Shown piece after piece: positions 36,448 through 48,565 of a stretch of DNA of 64,000 bases. Both the position numbers and the translations under genes were made by a program. Below the pieces are notes generated by a model, which was not told the DNA's origin, did not search any database, and saw only the letters and a list, made by a program, of their open reading frames with translations. Where the stretch lies: NCBI RefSeq assembly GCF_006345805.1, contig NC_043009.1, positions 62,000,001-62,064,000 of the forward strand, written 5' to 3'. This DNA is from Octopus sinensis. Lineage: Eukaryota. The first letter of the stretch is position 1; every line of letters begins with the position of its first letter.

Positions 36448-38611
36448 TATTACATGTGTTTGTCTGTGGATATAACTTCTGTTTCCGTCATGGCCGATGA
36501 CAGTACCGCCTGATTGGCACCTGTGCCAGTGGAACACTAAAAACACTATTTGAGCATGATTGTTGCCAGGGCTGCTAACTGGCTCCCGTGCTGGTGGCAC
36601 GTAAAAAAAGCACCATCTGAGTATGGCCAATGCCAGTACTTCCTGACTGGCTCTCGTGCTAGTGGCACGTAAAAGCACCCACTACACTCTCAGAGTGGTT
36701 GGTGTTAGGAAGGGTATCCAGCTGTAGAAACATTGCCTGATCAGATTGGAGACGATGCAGCCTTCTGGCTTGCCAGCCCTCAGTCAAACCATCCAACCCA
36801 TGCCAGTATGGAAAGTGGACGTTAAACTATGATGATGGTGGTGATGATGATGATGAAGGGATCTATTTATTTTGTAAATGAAACAGAACTATGAAAACTC
36901 TCAGTTAGTTGAATGACACAATAAAGTAGGAAAGAGAATGCCTTTTTTTTTTCATTTGCCCAGTCTGGAGAAAGGGGTAGTGCACAAAATTAGTAAGGAC
37001 ATTATATTAGAGAGCTGACTTCCAGGGAAAGGATTGGGCAGTGGGAGGCTGGAGATGGGGTTAGGTACAACAATGATGATGAGAAATAGAGAGGCAAGGG
37101 GGTTAGGAGTGCCTGAGTGGAGGAGGTACAAGACCAGCCAGCTCTGGGGAACAAAGGTCATTACAGGAACAATAGAATAAATGGAGAGCAGATAGAGCAT
37201 GACTGGAGCAGAGGCAGAGTGTGTCTGATAGGGATTTGACACCAGTCAGTTTAAGTAGTGCATCTGTGGATGTAGTCCTGGATGTCTGTGTGCATAGCAG
37301 CAGGACGGTCCCAAATGTTGAGAGGAGCACTCCACCGTAGGCTTCATTTCAGCTTTGTATAATATCGGCGATTATTGGGAACTGAACTATTTTATGGCCC
37401 TGAAGAGAAGAGCCAGTCTTACGAATGTGATTCTAGCTGAATGGCATTCAACTTTTGGGTTCGGTGTAATGGGGCTTTCTTGTTAATAAGCAGTACTTGA
37501 AGAACTTTTTGCTGATATAGAGGACAAGCTTAACATGGATCCACTAGAAGACAGTTTTGATTGCCATTTAAGGAATTAATACATAGAAACGAAGTATAAA
37601 GCGGAGTTCAATAACAAACCAATTGTTCATTTAAATTTAGAGCCCAGTCCCTAAGTCCAGCAAGCTTGCTGCTACTTCTGCTACTGCTACTACATAGCAT
37701 GATGATGTGGTTGCTTACTTTTAGAATGACATTGCATGGGAGGTGTGTGAGGCCAGATCTGGCCTTTTTGAACATAAAATAGAACATTTGGGCCAGATAC
37801 GGCCAGTTTAAATGCTAAAGGTTTAACACAGCTGTCAAGTTAATCTTTCTTCCACTGTCTACAACAAGGATTACATATTTTAGATCTTGATTCTGAAAGC
37901 AGTTGTGTCCCACAATACTAACTAGTCAATCGTTTCTTTAATCAACTAACCCCATGTACGTTGTAGGTCTACATATGCAGAATTGATCAGGGGATACGTA
38001 ACAATCAACCACTTGTGTATAATGTGTCTAGCTGTGTAAAGCCAAGATATACAAAAACCACTGTTGTGGACAAAGAGATTAGTGCATATGTTCAACCGGA
38101 TTGCAACACTGAACACAAAAATCTTTGTAAGCTCTGATGATCAACACTGTGATAAATATAGTTCATACAGAAGATGTATGCTAAGTTGGCTGTGATCTGT
38201 GGTAACATTCAAATGTGCAAACTTCGTTACAGCAAAGGTAGAACTATGCAAGTGTTATAAGTTAGTAATTATAAGATCATAAGAAGATAACCTGGCCGAC
38301 CGAGTAAATTATATGGAACCATGCTTATTATAAAGATTAGGAAAATTAATAGATTAAAAGGTTATTGTTACAGTTTGGGGTGTCTTGTTTTAAAATGTCT
38401 ACATATCAAGCAAAATTCAATATAACTAGTTTTAAAAGAGAAGCAGAGAGAGAGAAACTGGTATGTGAAGAAGCTGCTAGGGAGACTATTTGCACAATAA
38501 AGGAGGTGTGATAGCAAGGATAGCGGGTCACTACTAACTCCCCCTTTTCCGCATGACAGTTAAGCTGCAGCCAACAGGAGGCAAGTAGACAGCAACATGA
38601 CAATATCTTAC

Positions 38612-38818
38612 CTGAGGAATTGGCAGCAATTGTGGCAATAACTGCAGGCTTGATATGAGGGGTGTCACAAGCAATACACTTTCTACAATGTAGTGGATTG
38701 GAGACGAGACATGTATCACATTTCCACATAGACAAGGCTTTATCAAGCTGACAGTTACTGGTCCCAACTGATTGTTTTTCAGTCTGAGACAAACAATGAA
38801 CCATATGGCTAGCAGCAT
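38612..38818 (-). CDS. NUP153: Divergent fifth RanBP2-type zinc-finger exon (possibly alternative)
   Basis: WKCDTCLVSNPLHCRKCIACDTP fits W-x-C-x2-C-x3-N-x6-C-x2-C; acceptor CTTTCTTTTACTGGCAG, donor CAG|GTAAGA, 207 nt, phase 1-1; acceptor choice uncertain (alternative at 38767). Confidence 0.7.
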
Positions 38819-39008
38819 CTGCCAGTAAAAGAAAGCTAAATGTATTTTAATAGATCGAATAAGGAAAACAGATGAAACCTACCTAACATTACATTTATAT
38901 GTACGCTACTATCATTATATACACACACATTACGGTTGTTGATGCCATTATTATTTTCCAATAGGATGTAAATCAAAGTGCAGCTGTAACTACTAATAAG
39001 CAAGAAAC

Positions 39009-39353
39009 CTAGCTTTGTAGAGTTTTTCTCTCTGGTATTGTAGAAACGTGTATGGTATGTTGAGGCAGGCTTTAAAGAACGCAAAATCTGTTGAACACGG
39101 TCTTGTAATTTATAAATATTTCTGAAACAGCTTATCAAATTTCCATTCTCGTATTGGTTAGACAGGTCTGCCATGTGGTAGATCTCCATTCTTTTTGACA
39201 GGCTGTCTTTTTTGTCAGCGAAATTCAACATTCTGCACTTCACCCTTGGTTTAAATCCATTTTCCTCCACTCCAGCTTGGCGAGATACCACGGACGGACA
39301 GTATACGGTTGTTATGCTACTGTAGATTGTTAGAAATACAAACATATTCCTAA
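39009..39353 (-). CDS. Putative cassette or alternative first exon, 115 codons, no recognised domain
   Basis: Stop-free; acceptor CTTTTCTCTGCTATGTCAG, donor TAG|GTTTCT, 345 nt, phase 1-1, in frame with flanking zinc-finger exons; no homology recognised. Confidence 0.4.
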
Positions 39354-39508
39354 CTGACATAGCAGAGAAAAGTGGAACGAAATTAAAGCGTGTCCAACTG
39401 TAAGACAAATAAGTTATGTGCAAACCAAGGTCTCAGGAATTTAAACTAATCTATGAAAAGAAAAAAGAAAAAGAAAAAAAAAAAGAAAAAGAAGAAAAGG
39501 AAACGAAC

Positions 39509-39646
39509 TTGATGGTGGTGCTGGCGGCGCATTAGGATTGGCAGTTTGACAGGCAACACAGACACTGTCTGATTGTTTGTTCTGTAACATACACACACTA
39601 CATTCCCATGAATCCGATTTCATGAACTTCGCCATTAGTGGATCAA
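39509..39646 (-). CDS. NUP153: NUP153 RanBP2 zinc finger 4 exon
   Basis: DPLMAKFMKSDSWECSVCMLQNKQSDSVCVACQT; TCACAG/GTTCGT, phase 1-1. Confidence 0.9.
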
Positions 39647-39917
39647 CTGTGAAATAAAATTACAAGTTTTAGTTAACATTTAAATCTGGACCATAGCAGT
39701 TGAAATGGGATCAGTACATCTCCATCTTCTCTTGTTACTTATATAGCATAGTTTATATCAACAAGCGAACATGAAGAGAGAGAGAGAGAGAGAGAGAAGA
39801 CATACATAATAACAAGACATTTCACAAAGTGAAATCAAGAGAAGTCAAGAGAAGAATTCTGACATGAAACTGTATACAGTCTAAAATCAGTTAAGAATAA
39901 AATAAAATTAAACCAAC

Positions 39918-40115
39918 CTTTGTCAGATGAAGTTGGGGCAACGGTTGTACTAGTAGGAGTAAAGAGTGTTGATTTAGAACCCGGTTTGGGTGTTTCACAA
40001 GCAACACACTTTGTAGCTTCTGCTTTATTCTGAATCATACAAGTATCACACTCCCACGAACCAGATGATGGCATAAATTTTGCCATCAAGCTATCAGGTT
40101 GTGAAGATACACCTG
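39918..40115 (-). CDS. NUP153: NUP153 RanBP2 zinc finger 3 exon
   Basis: DSLMAKFMPSSGSWECDTCMIQNKAEATKCVACETPKP; tandem CAGCAG acceptor (40115 or 40112), donor GTTGGT. Confidence 0.92.
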
Positions 40116-40232
40116 CTGAAATAGAAAAAACATACAGAGGATATTTAAACACAAAATTCTATTGTGGAATGGGTCTTGGTATTTGACGTAACATCAAAAC
40201 AGTAAAACACTTCAGAAATACTGAATAAAAAC

Positions 40233-40394
40233 CTTTTGGTTGAGTTGCTGATGGCTTCGATGCTCCACAAGCCACACATTTCGTAGCTTCAGGTTTGTTT
40301 AGCAGCATACATGTTTCACAATCCCAGGAGTCAGGTGAACTGATGAACTTTGCCATCAAACTGTCAGTTGCAATGCTAGACGTAGTCGTTGGAG
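40233..40394 (-). CDS. NUP153: NUP153 RanBP2 zinc finger 2 exon
   Basis: DSLMAKFISSPDSWDCETCMLLNKPEATKCVACGASKP; CTTCAG/GTTTTT, phase 1-1. Confidence 0.91.
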
Positions 40395-41986
40395 CTGAAG
40401 AGACAATTACGGCAAAAAACAAAAAAAAGTATGAATAACTAAGTAAAAGTGACAGAAACAGCATCAATACCAAATGATTTAATATTTATAGCCACTTATT
40501 TTATTTTTATTTTATCTAGTTTCAGCTCATGAGCTGTGGCCATGCTGGGGCACCGCCATTATATTAATTATTTTTTAATAAGTCCACTGGCTATTTGTAA
40601 CACTAGTACCTGATTGGGCACTGATATTCTATGCATATCACTAGTGGAGAAATTGCTATTTCCAGCCTCAGACGTCTACCATAGACACGGCCAAGAAAGG
40701 TAAAAATCATGTGATCAGGAGGTCCCAGGGGTGACGATGGCGATTGATTTATCTCCCTGCTAGCGATGTAAACAAGATTGCTTACATGCACCAAAATCCC
40801 ATGAGAGGTTCTTCTATGGTAACAACTACCACAGTAATCAGTGTTCTAAACACAACATCTACTTTTATGTGTGGATAAATAGTACCTATGAATAACCAAC
40901 TGAATAAATTAGAGCTTAATTGTAGTAACGAGAGATTTTTTAAAGAATATTTAAAATAATAGATTCAGTGAAAAACTTACACTGCAATAATCTAGTATGG
41001 TTATTTTTCTATTGGTCTCATTTTATAGGTGAAAAGTAGTTTAACATTTATGTTTCCATGATACTTCAATCTGATCTCTGAACATGCTGAGATGTGTGGA
41101 TGTGTACACCATCATCATTGTCTAACGTCTGTTTTCCATGCTGACATGGGTTGGTCAGTTTGACAGGAGCTGGCCAGACACCAATTATCTGCTGTGGCAT
41201 GGTTTCTACAGCTAGATACTCTTCCCAACGCCAACCACTTTACAGAGTGTGCTGGGTGCTTTTCACGTACAACCGGCATGAGGGGCATCTATCTACACAG
41301 CACCGACACGAGTGCATTTTATGTGGCACCAGCACCTGTAAAGGTGCAAGCCTCTATGTATGGAAGACAGCAATTTTGCTTAGCTTGACGCATCTTCTCA
41401 AGTACAGCAAACTCCCACAACTCCCCGTTCCTTGACATTTCCTCAGTGAAGCCCAGCATCCGAAAATCCTTTCTCACCACTTTGTCTCATTCTTCCTGGG
41501 TCTACTCCTTCCCCAGGTTCCCTCTACAATTAGAGCTCGGCATTCCTTCATGCAGCTGTCCTCATCTGACATGGATGTCTCATTCAAACACAGAAGCTTT
41601 ATCTCTAAACTAATGGTCACAAAACTCTCTTACCATCAATGTATGTACAATTAACGTTTTATTTTGAGAGGTTATGACTGCCTTTACTAAAAGATGAACT
41701 AAAAAAAAGCATTAACTGTATGTGTGTCTGTAGTCTAGTGGATAAGTGCTTTACTAAACTGACGATCAAATTGAGTGAAATGTAGAGTAGATGGTAGAAT
41801 TTAAACCAACAATTTCATAGTAACAATAACTAATTTTACAATAACCTGGTTCTAACACTATCGGTTTCCCCGCTGCTCTTTACTAGTAATAAGTTTCCTG
41901 ATATCAAGATTAACTATTTGGCAACGAAATATATTTTTACAAGAAAAATCTCTAATAATATCAAGAAATTTCAAAAACTAACAAAC

Positions 41987-42136
41987 CTTTAGTTGAAGCT
42001 GGAGCTGGTTTTGGTGTCCCACAACTAATACATTTTTTGCTTTCAGTTTTATTCGGGACCATACAAGCATCACAATCCCAAGTGTCAACTGTTAAAAACT
42101 TGGCCATCAAAGGATCAACTTGTGCTTTGGGAGTTT
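41987..42136 (-). CDS. NUP153: NUP153 RanBP2 zinc finger 1 exon
   Basis: DPLMAKFLTVDTWDCDACMVPNKTESKKCISCGTPKP; TTCCAG/GTTTGT, phase 1-1. Confidence 0.92.
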
Positions 42137-42362
42137 CTGGAAAAACAAATACATCAAGAACAGAATAAACCCTTTGTCTCACTGACAAAATGGCAAAATT
42201 TATTTAGGAGTGGCTGTGTGGTAAGTAGCTTGCTAACCAACCACATGGTTCCGGGTTCGGTCCCACTGCGTGGCATCTTGGGCAAGTGTCTTCTGCTATA
42301 GCCCCGGGCCGACCAATGCCTTGTGAGTGGATTTGGTAGACGGAAACTGAAAGAAGCCTGTC

Positions 42363-42406
<44 letters not shown>

Positions 42407-43150
42407 TCAGGTTATGTTGAAAGTCAACAAAATTTGATTTAGAAGTGTTGAGATGTATTGAAAGATACAGATGCAGGACAATGCTAATAATGCAGCATGA
42501 ACAGGATAAACTATCCATATTTTGCAGAAAAACCTGGCTGCCGACAGATTTTTCTGCAAAATATGGATAGTTTATCCTGTTCATGCTATATTATTAGCAT
42601 TGTCCTGCATTTGAGAATAAAATTATTTCTTTGTCTATATCATTCATATGTATCATCATCATCATCATTTAACGTCCGCTTTCCATGCTAGCATGGGTTG
42701 GACGGTTCAACTGGGGTCTGGGGAGCCCGAAGGCTGCACCAGGCCAGTCAGATCTGGCAGTGTTTCTACAGCTGGATGCCCTTCCTAACGCCAACCACTC
42801 CGAGAGTGTAGTGGGTGATTTTATGTGCCACCGACACAGGTGCCAGACGAGGCTGGCGAACGGCCACGCTCGGATGGTGTTTTTTATGTGCCACTGACAC
42901 AGGTGCCAGACGAGGCTGGCAGACGGCCACGCTCGGATGGTGTATTTATGTGCCACCGACACAGGTGCCAGATGAGGCTGGCGAACGGCCACGATCGTAT
43001 GGTGTTTGTTACGTGCCCACAGCACGGAGGCCAGTCGATGCGGTACTGGCTACCGCCACATTCGGATGGTTTTCTTGTGTGCCACCGGCACTGGTACCAC
43101 AAAGATATAAATTCCATTGATGTTCATCTATTTTGATTTGATTTGATTTG

Positions 43151-43193
<43 letters not shown>

Positions 43194-43383
43194 TACATAT
43201 ATGATACACACACACACATGGCATGGGTTGTGAACGATTTGACTAAGAACTGGCAAGCCAGAAGGCTGACCAGGATTGGACCCTGGTACAGCCTTCTGGC
43301 TTGCCAGTCCTCAGTCAAGCCGTCCAACCCATGCCAGCACGGAAAGCAGACGTTAAACAGTGATGATGATAATGATGATACGC

Positions 43384-43593
43384 ATGAGGGGGTACTGAAA
43401 AGTCCCTGGCTTTAAAGGTATTGTGAAAGGCCTGGTTGGAGGTCCAACCTTCCAAGTTCTTTTACAGGCCTTAGAAAAACTGAAGGACTGCTGCAATAAA
43501 TGTGTAAAGGGGAATATGTTGAATGAAATCGTAATAACTGATCCCCTTGTATTTTCCTTTACCCAAAGCCAGGAACTTTTCAACACCCTCTTG
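43384..43593. mobile_element. mariner-type MITE (partial copy 43915-44098)
   Basis: GAGGGGGTACTGAAAAGTCCCTGGCTTT ... AAAGCCAGGAACTTTTCAACACCCTC imperfect TIRs. Confidence 0.65.
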
Positions 43594-45105
43594 TATGTAT
43601 GTGTGTATAAATAAATAAATGTATGCACAAAATATAAATCATGGTTGAGCGAGTGTAAAACAAACACAAGATGTGTATACAATGAGGGTCGGATAGAATC
43701 ACATTAAAAAAAAAAAAATTACATTTATGAATAATGATTAGAGAAAATAGAATTAGAGACCATACAAAGTGGATTGCTTATACAACTAGAGTCTGACTAG
43801 AAGTTAATGTAAAGAGAAGTGGTAATGAAGGCATGATCAGACACCCCAAAAGATGCTGACAGAGAACAATCAGTTCTTCACTGTTGTGTTGGACACTTCA
43901 GAGCCAATCACATATATGAGGGGGGATTAGTTAATTTATGATTTTATTCGACATAATCCCCTATCAGATTCACACACTTATTGCAGTGGTCCTTCAGTTC
44001 CTCTAAGTTCTGTAAAAGAACTCAGAACTTTGGGCTTCCAACCAGGCCTTTCGCGATAGATACCCTTAAAGCCAGGAACTTTTCAGCGTCCCCTTGTAGC
44101 TGGGGTAGCCTTACTAGTAATGTACTGTGAACTTAATTCTTTCATAACTAAAAACACACTTGTAATACAAAAGAACCCAGATTTACCGATTTATATTTGA
44201 AATAAAATATTGATGCAATCTGAGTTACTATATTCTTGATAACCTGTTATTTCATGAGGCAAACAATTGTTAAACATCCAATAGTTATAGAGTGAATTTT
44301 GTAATCTTAGAAACTTCTAACCTATTTTTCTGGCATCCTACTTTTTCTTTTATTTATTACTGTAATGTTCTATCCTTTTAAAAATTTACCGAAGTTTCAG
44401 ATTTAGTAACATATCAAATAAAAAGAAATGCAACAAACACAGCACATGGCAGGCTTAGAAGTGTATGTTTCAATTCCCCATAGCTAAGGCAAAAAAATGA
44501 ATTTTATTCCAGAAAGAGAAAGTAAAAGTAGAAACAATGTTTTTTCCTCCAAATTTCTCTGAAGCCAGACCCAATCACGGTCATCCTGTAAGATTCAAAA
44601 CATCATCTTGATGTCCACAACTATGGATCACTAGGAATTAGCACTTTTACTGCTATGGCCAATTTGGGGACCTACTTGTTTTATAGTAAGTTGTTTCTTA
44701 AGGATTCCACTTGAAGAGGTTCTGACAATTATTTGCCTTACTAAGCCTTTCTACTACACACAAGCCCTGAAATTGGGGGGGGGGCTAGTGGATTACATTG
44801 ACCCTAGTGTGAAACTGGTACTTATTTCATCAACCTCAAAAGGATGAAAGGCAAAGTTGACCTTGACAAGATTTGAACTCAGAATGTAAAGATGGATAAA
44901 ATGCCACTACGCATTTTGCCCAGTATACTAATGGTTTTGCCAGTTTGCTGCTTTGTTTGTCTGAGTAAGGAAACAGTTAGGGGAGGGGCTATGCTATAGA
45001 TCTCATGTCTAATGGAATGGGATATAAGTACATACATGTGTGTGTGTGAGAGAGAGAAAGATTAAAAACATAGACAGATAGAGAGAGAGATAAAGAAAAG
45101 ATTAC

Positions 45106-45252
45106 CTTTTTTCTGACCACCACCAAGTATATCCATTACACTTCCAGTCTTCAAAGTGGAAGCAGGTTGAATCCCTCCAAAGCTGCCGCTGCTGCTGCCG
45201 CTACCACTGCTGCTTTCAACTGGTTTACTGCCAGATGTGTTCAGTGTAAAAG
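45106..45252 (-). CDS. NUP153: NUP153 exon
   Basis: Contains LKTGSVMDIL (vertebrate NUP153 LKEGSVLDIL); ATAG/GTAAT, phase 1-1. Confidence 0.9.
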
Positions 45253-45390
45253 CTATGTTAATACATAGAAATAAAACATTAGATGCATTAGAATTTATAG
45301 GGAGACACAAGGGAAACAGCAAACATGTCTACGTCATACAACTACATAGGATGGAGAGAAGAAAAAAAAATCACCCTACAGAATACTCAC

Positions 45391-45511
45391 CTGGTTTTTC
45401 ATCAAAGATGGAAGTTGATTTTGGTTTAGGCAAAGTTGACGAAGCACTGAACTGGAACGAGTGTTTTGCAGAGTCTACAATTACTTTGTCAGGAGAACTG
45501 AATTTAAAGTC
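45391..45511 (-). CDS. NUP153: NUP153 exon
   Basis: DFKFSSPDKVIVDSAKHSFQFS...; TTTCAG/GTGAGT, phase 0-1. Confidence 0.9.
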
Positions 45512-47090
45512 CTGAAATAAGTAAATAGAAATCAATACTGAAAAATAACCAGACTCCATTTATGGTGTTAAGTTTTGTAGACTTTGAGGGTTTTAAAGTT
45601 TGTGTGTTTACATATATAGCATCATCATCATCTACATGATGGTATAGAGAAAGTCTAGGATTGGTTTATCTAATGTATTGTGCTTTTAAGACGAAGGGAA
45701 CGGCTTGAGGGAGGGCGATTTGGCTGCTGTTCCTAACAGGCTGAGTGGTCATGCAGGGGAGCCTTCACTGGTCAGTTAGAACAAGCATATTAAGAGCATG
45801 TCATTACAGTGTACTGCCAGTAATTATGGACTATAGACTGGAGACTCGTGCAGCCCCTGGCTTCCCAGACCCTGGTCGAACCATCCAACCCGTGCTAGCA
45901 CGGAAAACGGACATTAAACGATGATGATGAAAAGGGTCAACCATTAAAATAGTTATGCATAGATGGTGCTTCAGCATGGCCAGTGACAGAAAGAAAGATA
46001 AAATGAGTACAATAATGATGGTCATCATAAAGTACCACCAAAGCAAGGCCTGTGAAAAAGAGCCAAATAGTTTTATATCATTATCATCATCCTTTACCAT
46101 GTTTCCCACACTCCCTGGGCTCCATGTCCGTTCTGGCATGGTTTCCATGGCTGGATCCCTTCCTAACATCAACCTATTTACAGAGTGTACTGGGTGCCTT
46201 TTATGTGGCACCAGCACCCATGAGCCTGCAAAATTAGGAACACTCAGCTGAAGCGGGATGCAGGGGACATACCTGTATGCAAAGACAACCACAATTTTAC
46301 ATAGCTTGATGTGTCTTCTTGAGCACAGCAAATCACCAGGAGTCTTGATCCCCTGTTACCCCTCCACTAGACCCAACATCATTTCTCACCACTTTGTCCC
46401 ACATCTTCTTGGGTCTACCCCCTCCACAATTATACATATATAAGTAAATTACATACAGTAGTAGTAACCTCTACCTAATACTACCAGTAGCTATGGACAA
46501 TGAAAGAAGATGCTGACAACAGGGTTTAAAATTACAAATAACCACTAAACCTTTAGTATTTAAACTGGCCGTATCCAACCCAAATATTCTATGTTTCATG
46601 TTCAAACTGACCAAATGCAGCCTCTTATAATGTTATTCTAAAACTAATTGATCACATCATTGAAATCGTGAAGCTACAAGATAATGCAAAATTAATAGAA
46701 AGCAATGAGAGTGAATTAGGATTACAGATGACAGAGTAACCCGAATGCTAAAGGATTCAGGAGTACTGCCAGTGGCTATTGACCATGAAAGGTTGGTTGG
46801 TCCACATTACTCAATAAGGAGCATAAGGTTGACTTCCTGGTTTCTCTGGCATATATATATATATATATATATATTTCTTCCCAAGATGAGTGGCCTGTCC
46901 TTTGCAGGATTACACATTTATACTAGCTGAGTGGACTGGAGCAAAGCAAAAATGAACTGTTTTGCTCATGAACACAATGCATCACTTGGTCCAGGAATTG
47001 AAACCACGATCTTCCAATCATGAATCCAACACCCTAACCACTAAGCCATGTGCCTCTGCATTGACTATGAAAGGGGTGAGTGCATATTAA

Positions 47091-48165
47091 CCCTTTCGTT
47101 ACCAAACCGCCCAAAGCCGCCCGAAAAAAATTTTGGTTTATGAGACCAAACCGCCCGAATTTACCTATTCATATTTAAATGAGAATATCAGAGCAAATCT
47201 CTTCAGTACATTCGTGAAAACACGTATTATACTTCATAAACAGTTCAACTACAGTTTTGTACAATAATCGAAGTGTAATTTTAATTCCGTGAATTTTGGG
47301 AGATTTTCTTCCGAAATTTGTTCCTATTGTGTTTTCAAAATTTGTAATTCTGACAAAAAATGGATACGAATTTCATTATATCAAGCAGCGAGTCAGAATT
47401 CGAAGGATTTTCTACTGAAGACCTTGATAAATCTAACTCTATGACTGAAAAAAAAAGCACGTGGTATTTGATAATGAATCTGATGTTTCATTTTCCGAAA
47501 GTGAAAACAGTGAATCTGAGATCTCCGATAGCGATAAAGAAAACGAATTGGCACCTGAATGGAGTGAAAATTTAAAAACTGTTTCTTTCGGGGATTTTTC
47601 TGAAGAAACTGGACCAAGCCACAGACTTTCCCAGAAGGGTAAAGCCTTAGACTATTTCTATTTACTTTTTCGAATGAGCCTATTTGAAATCATTACGGCA
47701 GAAACGAACCGTTACGCTAAACGTAAACAAAGCGAAAGAAAGGATAGTTTGTGGTTTCCCATAACCTTAAATGAAATTAAGACTATTTTGCCATAAATAT
47801 TATTATGGGTATCAGAAAGTTACCCAGAATAACAAATTCTATCGTAAAATTTTGTTGTATACCCAATTGAATATTAGCTAATAACCCATTTTCTATAGCG
47901 ATGTTTGAACAAAATTTTAATAATTTTATATTTTGTTGAATTTACCTGTATCTACCTGCAATTAGAGTCACTTTGTGACAAAAATTATAGTATAGAATTG
48001 GTTGAGAATATTTCATTAAATTATCTTCCAAAAATCAGATTAATATATCGATAAATAAAAAAGTTATAGTTGTTTAATGAAACCAGACTAAATTTATGAT
48101 TACGTTAGAAATTAATTGAAACACATAAGGGGTGTAATTTGGTCAGAAATATAGTAACGAAAGGG
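47091..48165 (+). mobile_element. Internally deleted piggyBac transposon
   Basis: TTAA|CCCTTTCGTTAC ... GTAACGAAAGGG|TTAA; acidic N-terminus and LDYFYLLF...IITAETNRYA...ITLNEIK, INIIMGIRKLP of PGBD transposases, frameshifted. Confidence 0.92.
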
Positions 48166-48226
48166 TTAAATACTTCTATTTTAAATACTTAAAAATATAT
48201 ATCTATATACATATATAAAAACTTAC

Positions 48227-48565
48227 TGAAACTGAAGGTAAGCCTTCAGATACCAAGTTTGTATCCGGTAGTGTTGTTTGTATGGGAGTAGAGAATTTAA
48301 AATCTGATTCTGATGAAGTGAAGCTGGTGTTAGCGCCGAAACTAGTGCTAGCACCAAAGCTAGGAGTTGCTGTTATAGTTGCTGTTGTTGCAGGAGACTG
48401 TGCAGTTCCGCTATTAGACTTGTCAGCAGAAGTAGTAGTAGTTGCAAGAGGTGTGAAAGTGGATCTTCCGGATTGATTAGAAAAGCTGCTTGTTGATATT
48501 CCAAAAGAGAATTTGGGCACATTTGTGACAGGCAGGACAAAATCAGTCTTCAGTTGTACAGGCTC
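48227..48565 (-). CDS. NUP153: NUP153 exon
   Basis: EPVQLKTDFVLPVTNVPKFSFG...DFKFSTPI; TTTAAAG/GTAAGT, phase 0-0. Confidence 0.88.

Noticed and set aside
42669-43136. Several overlapping 70-118 aa ORFs (also 9279-9578, 10565-10964)
   Set aside because: Arise from the GC-rich tandem units of the RTE 3' UTR, downstream of the ORF2 stop
47360-47796. Possible domesticated PGBD gene
   Set aside because: Frameshifted, lacks the catalytic core and is still bounded by TIRs and TTAA
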